Shown here one piece after another: positions 24,001 to 32,191 of a DNA stretch of 64,000 bases (within the stretch, counting starts at the first letter, position 1; the number at the start of each line of letters is the position of its first letter). The notes below the pieces were generated by a model that searched no databases, was not told the origin of the DNA, and saw nothing but the letters and a program-made list of their open reading frames with translations. Source of the stretch: Macrostomum lignano (taxonomy: Eukaryota); assembly GCA_002269645.1 (NCBI GenBank), contig NIVC01002450.1, positions 62,001-126,000 of the forward strand, given 5' to 3'. A program made the translations under genes and the position numbers.

Positions 24001-24051
24001 ATAGTTTACTGCATCGACCAGCTGCTTGAATAGCTCATCATCGCTATCCAT
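1..24051 (-). CDS. LRRK: Leucine-rich repeat kinase (ROCO family, LRRK1/Drosophila Lrrk/lrk-1 type), 22 exons, about 2640 aa visible; 3' end runs off the window
   Basis: Exons rebuilt with GT-AG junctions: 24051-23806, 23201-22994, 21426-21282, 20718-20295, 19792-19382, 18624-17627, 16945-16224, 14829-14652, 14179-13719, 11956-11624, 10410-10189, 9342-8626, 8128-7886, 6690-6455, 5673-5565, 5280-5173, 5091-4814, 4418-4029, 3406-2927, 2155-1790, 1193-874, 333-<1. Motifs: ANK repeats, LRRs, [63 protein letters not shown], kinase [29 protein letters not shown]. At least 6 single-base frameshifts must be corrected. Confidence 0.93.
385..855. repeat. 22-bp minisatellite GTTGAGACATCTCACACCCACA (LRRK intron 21)
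   Basis: About 20 tandem copies, with an internal inverted motif TGAGA-CA-TCTCA. Confidence 0.95.
1260..1715. repeat. 22-bp minisatellite GGGAAGCAACAGGGGAGACACA (LRRK intron 20)
   Basis: About 20 tandem copies. Confidence 0.95.
2270..2882. repeat. 18-bp minisatellite CCACTCCTGCCACCCTCC (LRRK intron 19)
   Basis: About 33 copies; G-rich on the gene sense strand. Confidence 0.95.
3465..3775 (-). mobile_element. tRNA-derived SINE, family B (CORE-like central domain, (TTA)n tail)
   Basis: Minus strand: A-box TAGCCTAGTGG, B-box GGTTCGAATC, central TGTGTCCTTAAGCAAGACACTTAAC...CTGTAAAATGGGTACC, (TTA)n tail; second copy at 50118-50285. Confidence 0.75.
3810..4020 (-). mobile_element. SINE-like fragment carrying the shared CCCAAGGCACAG..TGTACATGCCT..GCTGTACAC.CCTGTGTGAG module
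   Basis: Visible similarity to the central part of SINE family A (47881-48238) and to 23410-23540. Confidence 0.6.
4470..4797. repeat. 30-bp minisatellite GCTACAGACAGCCTGTTGTAAACTGTGTCA (LRRK intron 17)
   Basis: About 11 near-perfect copies. Confidence 0.95.
5380..5510. repeat. Degenerate ~33-bp repeat CAGATGTACATTGG..AAGGGGTTAGA (LRRK intron 15)
   Basis: 4 diverged copies. Confidence 0.75.
5860..6295. repeat. 26-bp minisatellite AGAGGTCATAAGCTCATAAGAACATC (LRRK intron 14)
   Basis: About 17 copies. Confidence 0.93.
6805..7770. repeat. 29-31-bp minisatellite TTGATAACTGACCCTAAATCTCACCTGTGAG (LRRK intron 13)
   Basis: About 30 copies; the gene sense strand reads ...CAG|GTGAGA... in each unit. 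Confidence 0.95.
8200..8565. repeat. Degenerate 21-bp repeat GTGGTTGCTAGGCGGGTTATA (LRRK intron 12)
   Basis: Recurrent GTGGTTGCTAG core at about 21-bp period. Confidence 0.8.
9490..10060. repeat. 12-bp purine-rich microsatellite (GGAGAGGGAGAC)n (LRRK intron 11)
   Basis: About 47 copies. Confidence 0.97.
10440..10697 (-). mobile_element. tRNA-derived SINE, family A (3'-truncated copy)
   Basis: Minus strand GGGGGCCGTATCTCAGTGG...GGCTCGATTCC; matches copies at 47881 and 51042. Confidence 0.8.
10922..11222. repeat. 48-bp minisatellite CCGGATCAAAATTCCGGACCAAAATTCCGGAACCCAGATCACTGAAAT (LRRK intron 10)
   Basis: About 6 copies, with internal TCCGGA sub-repeats. Confidence 0.95.
12015..12370. repeat. 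~24-bp degenerate repeat CTTTAGTCTATCCGGATCTTCTAT (LRRK intron 9)
   Basis: Tandem copies alternating with a TAGTCTATTCAGATT variant. Confidence 0.88.
13055..13600. repeat. ~14-bp G-rich repeat GGGGAATCACAGTG (LRRK intron 9)
   Basis: More than 30 copies with variable G-run length. Confidence 0.92.
14208..14530. repeat. 28-30-bp minisatellite ACCAGGTATGGCTATTAGATAT(AT)GTGAGT (LRRK intron 8)
   Basis: About 10 copies. Confidence 0.93.
14843..16212. repeat. 30-bp minisatellite AGTGACAGTGCTCAGACTATCAGTAACTGG filling LRRK intron 7
   Basis: About 45 copies; the array lies within about 12-17 nt of both splice sites. Confidence 0.97.
16224..18624 (-). other. LRRK leucine-rich-repeat region (exons 6-7)
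   Basis: [75 protein letters not shown]. Confidence 0.9.
17190..17610. repeat. Degenerate GGAATGTGAAA-core repeat (LRRK intron 6)
   Basis: Recurrent GGAATGTGAA(A/T) at 17-20-bp spacing. Confidence 0.85.
18690..19325. repeat. 21-22-bp minisatellite CTCATGGATTAGAGAGCGATT (LRRK intron 5)
   Basis: About 29 copies. Confidence 0.95.
19820..20200. repeat. Decayed repeat with conserved TTTTGAGGCTCTC core (LRRK intron 4)
   Basis: About 9 cores at 30-60-bp spacing with diverged linkers. Confidence 0.7.
20735..21200. repeat. 34-bp minisatellite GGGGTAAGGCTGGTTGTGGCCACAGTGTACAATT (LRRK intron 3)
   Basis: About 14 copies, diverging toward 21200. Confidence 0.93.
21620..22890. repeat. 36-bp minisatellite GATGCCAAGGCTCATGAGGTCATTAAGTACAGCTCA (LRRK intron 2)
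   Basis: About 35 copies; an interrupting motif recurs at about 21920 and 22534. Confidence 0.95.
23410..23790 (-). mobile_element. Interspersed SINE-like element with the shared central module (LRRK intron 1)
   Basis: Minus strand GAGAGCCAACCCCCAAGGCACAGAGAGTGTACATGCCTGACGAT aligns with SINE A 48015-48060; the 5' part differs. Confidence 0.6.
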
Positions 24052-25084
24052 CTGGATATGGAAAAAAGCAACTTAAGTTATCCTAACTTGATACCTAATT
24101 CTAATTTAAGTATTTAATATACAAGTGTAATTCAGGTTTATTCAGGTTAAAATAATTTTTAAACTTTTAAAAAATATTAAAGGTAACAAATTTGATGGCA
24201 TATACTTAAAGAATAATAAATAAAATCATTGGTCAATAATAAAAAGCACGGACCATATTGATATACAAGATATCAAGATAATAAAGCATAGTCGCAGCTT
24301 AAAACTACATAAGGGTTTTATATTCTGCAAAGACTTTGATTTAGCAAAATAGCTAAACAATAAGGTAATAAAACGATGTTATATATAACTAAAGAGATTA
24401 TACATAAGCTGTATACTAGTGTAACCAATATACATATACTTAGCAACATTGAAAAGTTGCCACCCTTTGCCCTAGTGAGCAGTGTCTTTTGACTAGTGTC
24501 TATCACTAGGCCAACCATTTTGATATTAATGCTTAAAAAAGCAATGAAAATGAAGTGAAAGCTTCAATCCATCTACTCTTTGTCCTCTGCTCTTCCTAAT
24601 CTTCCTCACTCAGCCTAACTCTGCATTGCATGGTGCAAGTTGCATCATTCCAAAGTCAACACTGAGCTAGAATTGACTACACACTTTCAAAGGTGGCAAC
24701 TTTTTAATGTTGTTGAATATAAGCAAGCTTATTTGACTGGCATTGGGATTGACAATTGTTTTGTCTATCACTCTTTTGTTTACAAAAATATAATATAGCT
24801 AGTCATTTTGTCTGCTATAAAATAATAAATATGACATCAATGCATGAGTTTAGAATAAATATTGATAAGGTAACAAATTCATTTTTAGTAACAGTGACAA
24901 CTGAGAACTAACTTATATTAGAAGTATGAGTAATGAATATATCAAAAAATAATAATTTGCATGTGTCTTATTAGGTACAAATTTTGTTAACATTTTTGAT
25001 AACCAATAAATAAATCATCTCTAGGATACTTTTGCTGTTTTTGACAATAAAAAAGACCACGACGAGTTTCTTACTATTATCAAC

Positions 25085-26125
25085 TCCACTCATCTGAACA
25101 TTAAGTTCACCATTGAGGGCGGAGGGAAGAATCTCCCATTTCTTGATACCGAGGTTGACTGTTCTGGACACCATCCTCTTGTGAAAGTTTACCGTAAACC
25201 AACGTTTACTGGGCTGATGTTAAGTTTTCATGCTTTATGTCCGACTCACTGGAAATCCGGGTTAGTTAGGTGCCTTCTTCACAGAGCCTACGAGGTGAGC
25301 AGTTCTTGGAGTTTATTTCACCTAAAATCCTTAGATCTAATGGATACCCTCTCAGTTTTGTCAGCCATATTATCAATGCGTTGCCACTAAGAAAGTTTCT
25401 AGCGATGCGAGACCCAGGCAACCGGAGATAGATTCTTGGGATGCTCTGTTGGTTCTCCCATTTTTTGGCAATGCTTCGCTTGACTTCAGGAAAAAACTTA
25501 AGAAAATGTTTAGCAAATGGCTTAAGTGCACCGTTAGGATTGTGTTTCGCACCGAAAAGATCGGTCGCTATGCTAGCAGGCTCAAGTCAGCTGTTCCACT
25601 TGCTCTAAGGGCCGGTGTTGTTTACCAATTTCGCTGCTCTGAGGATCAGAGCATTTCCTACATTGGAAAAATGAAGTGACACCTGCACACTAGAGCTAGG
25701 GAACATTGGCTAAAAAGCTCTGCGATTAATGACCATCTGCTTGTTTGTAAAAAATGCTGTGACGGTAAACCGATTCAGCTCTTTAAAGTGCTGGATGGGT
25801 ACAAATTTGACCATAAGCTTAAGATTATCGAAGCTTCGTATATCAGAATGCACAAACCCAACCTGAATGTGCAGTTTGCTGGCAATGGGGTGGAGCATGA
25901 GCTAAGAGTATTGTGAGCAGAGCCGTGCCTATTTTTTATTATTTTTTTCTCTCTCACGTTGTTATGTACTTGGCACTTTCTAAATTCTACCGGACTGTTT
26001 TGACCCGCCTCTGGACTGTACAGTGATTTTTGCTTAAATATATTGGTGGTGTGATCTTAGGTTGATTGAATTTGCCCTGACGATGTCTTGTGTTTGACGA
26101 AACACGTTGGCTAGAATTAAACAAA
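25085..26125 (+). mobile_element. 5'-truncated, degenerate Penelope-like retroelement (RT C-terminus plus GIY-YIG endonuclease)
   Basis: HLNIKFTIE..LPFLDTEV, KVYRKPTFTG, SGLVRCLLHRA, GVVYQFRC...YIGKMK*HLHTRAREH, KIIEASYIRMHKPNLN; PLE-like 3' end CCTGACGATG..GACGAAACACGTTGG..AATTAAAC; contains stops and frameshifts. Confidence 0.85.
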
Positions 26126-29100
26126 GTTTACTTTTTATGTTTTTGTTGACGTTTATTTTCCTACTATTTGTTAGACGAGCTACACTTCCATAAAGAAATA
26201 TAGCCATCTATTAAAATATACTATTCAAAGGATGATTAAAATTATTTTTTTTATAAAACTTTTAAATATTATATACTAGGATATAAATAATACCAACAAA
26301 AATGATTTCTCAATATATTTTTTTATGATTTGCAATATATCATAATGAAAAATGAGCTTTATACTAATATGTAACTAGTTTTATATCATATTTTAAAGTC
26401 ATTTTCTCTGCCAACAGATGAAATAAACATGCAGTAGAAATGGGATAAGACTATTGGATAATATTGGCTAGCTATATTATGACATAATTTCAATGTCTTT
26501 CTATAATGTAAGAGATTATGTGAAATATACAAAAAACTTTTGTTTTAGCATAAATTTGGTTTGGTAATAGTCAGCTGGCTTTATACCTGGAATGATATTA
26601 TTTTAGTTTTGGATGGTCAATAAAAACAATAGGCAAGGTAAGGCTTGTAATTTAAAATCAAATCTAAATAAAATATAAATTGCATAATAACTATCCTAGG
26701 CCTAGGGGTGGCAGAGCCTAATATTTTAGGGGGGACACCAGGCAAGGGCAAGGGGGCACAGTTACCTTTATAAGCTGCTAATTAGGGCCTAAAATCAGAA
26801 AACACAAAAAATTACTGCATGGACTCATTTTCTAGGGGGGGGGGGTGGGGGGGCACATGCACCCGGTGCCACAACTCAAGCTCCCGCAGCTGACACCCAT
26901 GATCCCAGCATCCATAAACTATGTGAGTAAAAGTAAAGAAAATGATATATAGCTAATGCTTATAATAGCATCAAAATCTAGTCATTTTTCATTATAAAAA
27001 GCTAATTATAGATTACCTTGTTATTTGTGTTTTAAGTTGTTGTTTTGAATTTAAAAAATTAAACTGAATTGGATGGAATAAAGCCAATGAAAATATCGAT
27101 GAAATCTGAAAAAATCTGAATAGACTAGTGGCGATACAAATCGAAACAGGAAAACATGTTTCAATTACATATACCGGTACACTTGGTCAGGCCCAGGGGC
27201 CAGGGCGTAGGCGTCTTAAAAATGTGACTTTATCTTAAGACATCCACCGAGGATCAGTTTCACCCGCTTTGAAAATTCGATTTTTTTAATTTTAGAGCTC
27301 AGAAATGAAATAAAGGCGGAATTACGAGCGAGTATACAGAAAATTATTCAATTCTTAAATTCTTATTATAAAGTTAAATACTGCGTAGAATGAAGGTTTC
27401 CAAAGTTTGAACTTCTCTGATAAGGGTGAATCTTATAAAAATAAAATTCCGAAAGTTGTAGTCAATGAAATCACACAACATTCATAACAAAAGTGTTTGA
27501 TTCCTTACTTAAAAGATTTCAGAAAGCTTTTAAAGTTTTTGCTCGTTTTTAAGCTAATTTAATTTTTCCTTCTTTATGCAACTTGTTTTTTGTGCTGAAG
27601 TAAGAGCACACACGCTTGCGAAAAACTTGTTAGCCCAATTTTCAGATGACCTACATAAGTCAGTCTACAGCTAGGCGCTAGCAGTAATTCCAAAAAACAG
27701 CTAGTCTAACATTAAGCGAAACCATCCGCTCTTGTAGACGAAAATACGTATGACAAGTAAGAAGTACATTTAGTAAGTGTAACACTAAACCTGTAATCAA
27801 TTGAGGCCTACTACATGTAAAAGCCAAATGAAAAATATATAAAAAACATAAAAACTCATCAAATTGCATTCAAGAACTCGACTGAAATATCAAAAATATT
27901 GACTCCTTCATGTACTGTATATATTTGCTTCCATATTGTTAGAATAAATAAATAAATACACGCTATCGCCGCGCCGGCCTGCTGGCCCGTCCTGCTGCGA
28001 CTTCGGCGACTCCAGCTGGCAGGCCACATCATCCGCGCCGAGTTCTACTGCCCGCAGCCGGTGCAGGAGGTGCTGCTGCTAACGCGGCAGGCACCTACCG
28101 GTGCGGCCAGGCCCGAACTTGGCGTTTCGTCGACTGCCTGCTGGCCGACGCTGGCGGCGGCCTTTGTTCGCGCCCAGGCTCTGAAGCGTGTGCCCTGTGA
28201 CGCTGCATTTTTCCACCTGACAGCGTACTTTGTTGTTGTTGTTGTTGTTGTTTTTAGAATGACATACAGTATACAGTGTATATTTCAGAATGTGCATTTA
28301 CATATGTAGCTCGATTCTTAACTCCTAAATGACTATCAAGGACTTCTGTAGTATAAATTTACCATAGACTTTTACGCATCTTCCAACAGGAATTGGGTCA
28401 CTGTGGACGCATCTGATCTGCTTGGATTCGGCCGTCAACTTCGTGCAGACCTGGTCTGCTCAGCTCGACAACATCATTGCTCGTGCAAAAAACTTTGTAG
28501 CATGCGGCCACCTGTAAAACTGCTGAAGACGTCTGTGGCAGATTTTTCTAACAATCTTCCCTTCTATATGGTTCTTCTGTTCTTCTGTACTCTTGTTCTA
28601 TGTATGGTTCTCAGGTTATTCTTCACTTTTTATAGTCCTAGCCTTGATCTCCCCGTTCTCTAGTTCTCTGATTCTTCCCAACTACACCTGAATGGTTCTG
28701 TTCTTATGTACTCTTGTTCTCTGGTTCTCTGATTTTTTGAGTTCCTGTCCTCTTGTTCCTTTTTTTCCTCGTTAGTTAATGCGTCCGTCGTTAGATTTAT
28801 CGACAAATTCTAGGATTTTTAACTAGTAAGAAAAGCTGATAAGTATATACATGTGTTCGGCATACTGTCAATCAGCCAGCCCCACATTTTTTCTTACTCA
28901 CTAAAGAGTTTCCAGTCCCTTCTTATCAATGGTAAATTTATATCGCAGAAGTCCCTGATGACTATGCGTCATTGAATGATACGGTATTTCAATTTGTTGT
29001 AGAAGCATAAAACTGATGCATATCTACAGGTATACACGTCTGCACGAAATCAGCCTCAGCGACTTGTCTATGGTCAGTGATGACTTTCAAAAGCGCGATT

Positions 29101-29177
29101 TTCACCAGCTACGCTCGTAACATTAACTAATCGCTCATTCGGCAACATCATGCATAATATTAAGGCTCGTTAATGAT

Positions 29178-30473
29178 ATGGAACTAAGCCTTGACACTTC
29201 GGATTCGTCATCAACACAAGTGCTTCAGCTGACAGACATTATGGAGGCTTCCGTATTTAATCAAGATGAAGTTCGAACAGACGGCCCCAGCAGCGACTTG
29301 TTTGTGCGCTACCAGACGATCCTAGCCGAGATTGAAGCGATTAAAACCCTGACGGCAGTCACTGAGCAAGAGATTCAAAGCCTTCGCAAACGTGAAAACG
29401 AACTTAAACAGCGGTTGAAGAGTCTCACAGATGAAACGCCGCTTCGCATTGCTTCATTCTCATTTTTCATACCGGAGAGCGAGGAGTCTGTAGTCGAATG
29501 CGACGGCATCGAGGTGATTGTTCACACCTTGCCGCTAATTGATCGCGAACGGTTAACACCGGGAGTTCAGGTGCTTCTCTACGGCGTCTACGAGCACAGC
29601 GCCAGCACCTTCGTGCCGTCCTGCCTAATAGACATTTTCCCTGACGAAGCAAACGCCGGTGTGTCAGTCCTGGACCCCAGCAGCCGACCTGACGTGCTCT
29701 ACTCAGACATTGGCGGCCTGGAGCAGCAAAAGATGGAGCTTCGCGAGCTTGTTGAGCTGCCGCTCAATCAACGCCAACTGATGGAGCAGCTGGGCATCGA
29801 TCCACCCCGCGGCATCCTGCTGTACGGCCCGCCCGGCTGCGGCAAAACAATGCTTGTGAAAGCTGTGGCTCACGCTACATCCGCCACGTTCATCTACGCC
29901 GTCGGCTCCGAATTTGTCAAAATGTTCAGCGGCGAAGGACCGCGCAAAGTTCGCGAAGTGTTCCGCTTAGCCAGGGAGCGCGCACCATCAATTTTGTTCG
30001 TAGACGAAATCGACTCCGTGGCCATTCGTCGAAACGAGAATGTGATGGGCAGCGGCGAGAAGGAGATCCAGCGCATCCTGATGGAGTTCTTGGTCCAGAT
30101 GGACGGCTTCGATCGCCTGTCAAACGTAGTGGTTATCATGGCCACCAATCGGCCGGAAATCCTCGACCCGGCGTTGCTTCGTCCCGGCCGACTGGACCGG
30201 AAGCTGGAGTTTCCTTATCCAGATCAGCGCGAACGGCGCAGCATCCTGCAGACGGTGTTGGAGAATGTGACCACCGCGCCAGACCTGGACCTGGATCCGA
30301 TTGTCCAGTCGGGCCGGCAGCTCAGCGGCGCCGACATTCGGGCTGTTGTTCGCGAGGCCGCCATGCTAGCCGCCCGTGAGCACATGTACGAGGTGGGCAA
30401 TAAGCACCTGCTGGCGGCCTATGCTAAGGTCACTGAGAACAACGCGACCAACCTGCCGTCGTTTTACAACTAG
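29178..30473 (+). CDS. PSMC4: 26S proteasome AAA-ATPase Rpt3/PSMC4-like, divergent intronless paralog (431 aa)
   Basis: DPPRGILLYGPPGCGKTMLVKAVAH, VGSEFV..FSGEGPRKVREVFRLA, FVDEID, QMDGFD, IMATNR, LDPALLRPGRLDRKLEFP; N-terminal coiled coil; C-terminal HbYX-type FYN; AATAAA at 30534-30539. Confidence 0.88.
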   Translation: MELSLDTSDSSSTQVLQLTDIMEASVFNQDEVRTDGPSSDLFVRYQTILAEIEAIKTLTAVTEQEIQSLRKRENELKQRLKSLTDETPLRIASFSFFIPESEESVVECDGIEVIVHTLPLIDRERLTPGVQVLLYGVYEHSASTFVPSCLIDIFPDEANAGVSVLDPSSRPDVLYSDIGGLEQQKMELRELVELPLNQRQLMEQLGIDPPRGILLYGPPGCGKTMLVKAVAHATSATFIYAVGSEFVKMFSGEGPRKVREVFRLARERAPSILFVDEIDSVAIRRNENVMGSGEKEIQRILMEFLVQMDGFDRLSNVVVIMATNRPEILDPALLRPGRLDRKLEFPYPDQRERRSILQTVLENVTTAPDLDLDPIVQSGRQLSGADIRAVVREAAMLAAREHMYEVGNKHLLAAYAKVTENNATNLPSFYN

Positions 30474-30867
30474 CCAACTGGATAAACCTATAAGGCATTG
30501 ATTTGCAGTATTGCTTGGTTTAGCATCTCATTGAATAAAGCATGCACAAAATACCGATTCGGAATTTTAGTTTAAAAAAACTAAGAGGCCAAGATGCCAG
30601 AGTTTTTTGTTGTTCTTGTTGTTTTTATTACAGACTTCCTACTGTAACCATTGGCAATGTAGCTCGTATTTAGAGATTACATGTATTCGCTATCTATTCA
30701 TCTTCTTATCGCTTCTAAATTTACAGGAAATAAACAAAAAATAGTGAAAAACATTAACTTAGGAAACCGCTAATGGCCTACGAGGAGTGTTTTGGTATAT
30801 CTGTGCTGTATACTGTAAGCGGGTTAAATCAGTAGTCAATTCAGTATAAAGTATTCGGTGCCAATTA

Positions 30868-32191
30868 TCACGCTGTGTTATGCACCTTGTTGATCTTGGC
30901 AATCCAGGCCACCTCCCTTTCCTTCAGCTTGGCCGCCAGCTCAGCCTCCAGGCCGCCGAGGGCCTCTCGGCAGACTTCGTCAACAGCCGCCTGAACCTCC
31001 TCTGGCGTCAGCTCGGCCAGTGCGGCCTCGAGGCCCGCCGCCTGCTCCTGCTGCTGTTGCAGGGCCGCCGAAGCTGCTTCGCCGGTGCCCGGACGCGAGG
31101 CCGACGCGTCTGTTGCACCGTCGGCAGCTCCGGCAGCGGTCGTCAGCTCCTCTTCGGCGATAGTGCGCGCGCGGCTGCTGGTGGCGCCAGTGCGGACGCT
31201 GCAGCGCCTGTAGAGCTCCTCCGGCATGCCTTCGCACAGCGGCGCCGGGAATGGCAGGGACGCCGGCGGCAGAGCGTCAGCCGGCACGCGCCGGGTGACG
31301 ATAACCTGGTCCGGCTGGCCGGAGAACAGGAACTGGTAGAGGCGAAGGTGCTGCAGCAGAGTTCGATTGAACAAATCCATCAGGGCCTGTGGGGTAATTT
31401 TCAGTGTTGATTTGCGTCACTGGTTGCTGAAGATTGTTTGAAGATAGATACAATTTAAAGCAGGCATTGAGGTATTTTTCTGCCTATTACGAGTACTTCG
31501 CTTCTCTTGAGCCATCATACCATACAGGAGGGCTCAGAGGACCTGAGGTTTTTGTCCTTAGATGCCGTCCTCATGGATATTCAAGTTTTTTATGCAAACA
31601 AAGCCAAATCTACAGCCCTAAGCGCGTTATAAACAAATGCAGCCTACGTCTGGAATCAAACTCAAGCCCTATAAAGCACAGGAGAACGATATGCAACACT
31701 TGGCAAGCAACGCTTGGAGGACAAATAAGAACACTCGTAAACTATAAAAATATAAGGACTGACCTGCAGCTTTTCGGCGCCAAGCATCTCTAGGCCGCTG
31801 AGGCCGTCGGTGGCGATGCCGACACCGACCAGAAGCTCCTTAAGCTGCATGACAAGCTGTGCGTGACCGGAACCGGACTCGGCCGCCTCCAGAAGAATCT
31901 TTGCAGCGGCATAGGCCACAGACAATTCGCCAGCTGCTAGCTGATTTTCTCGGCACCACAGCACTACTGACGAGTAGTAGTCTAGTAGGGCCGCCTGTCG
32001 CGTGTCCCAGCCGGCCGAATCTAATCGCAGGTATTGTCGGACCAGTTCCTGGACTTCGTCCTCGTCCTCAGCATCCAGCCAGCGCTGCGCCTCGGCCTCT
32101 GGGACGTCCTTGAACACAAGGTAGCCACGCCGGTGCCGCTCTTGCCAGAGTCGTCCTTCTTGTTGCTGCCCCGGCTTTTGGGACTCTTCAT
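30868..32191 (-). CDS. CABCOCO1: CABCOCO1 (C10orf107)/CFAP119-family ciliary protein, 2 exons (32191-31764, 31386-30868)
   Basis: LLDYYSSVVLWCRENQL, TLLQHLRLYQFLFS, PFPAPLCEGMPEELY and a C-terminal coiled coil (LEAELAAKLKERE..WIAKINKV) match recalled family motifs. The summed CDS is 947 nt, so one frameshift near the 5' end is needed. TTTATT at 30624-30629 gives a minus-strand polyA signal. Confidence 0.7.

Larger units (their letters stand above)
19382..24051 (-). other. LRRK ankyrin-repeat region (exons 1-5)
   Basis: [102 protein letters not shown]. Confidence 0.9.

Noticed and set aside
29178-30473. Horizontally acquired archaeal PAN or bacterial AAA ATPase, suggested by the lack of introns
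   Set aside because: Motifs (GPPGCGKTM..KAVAH, QMDGFD, FY. tail) are Rpt3-specific, and other host genes here also lack coding introns.
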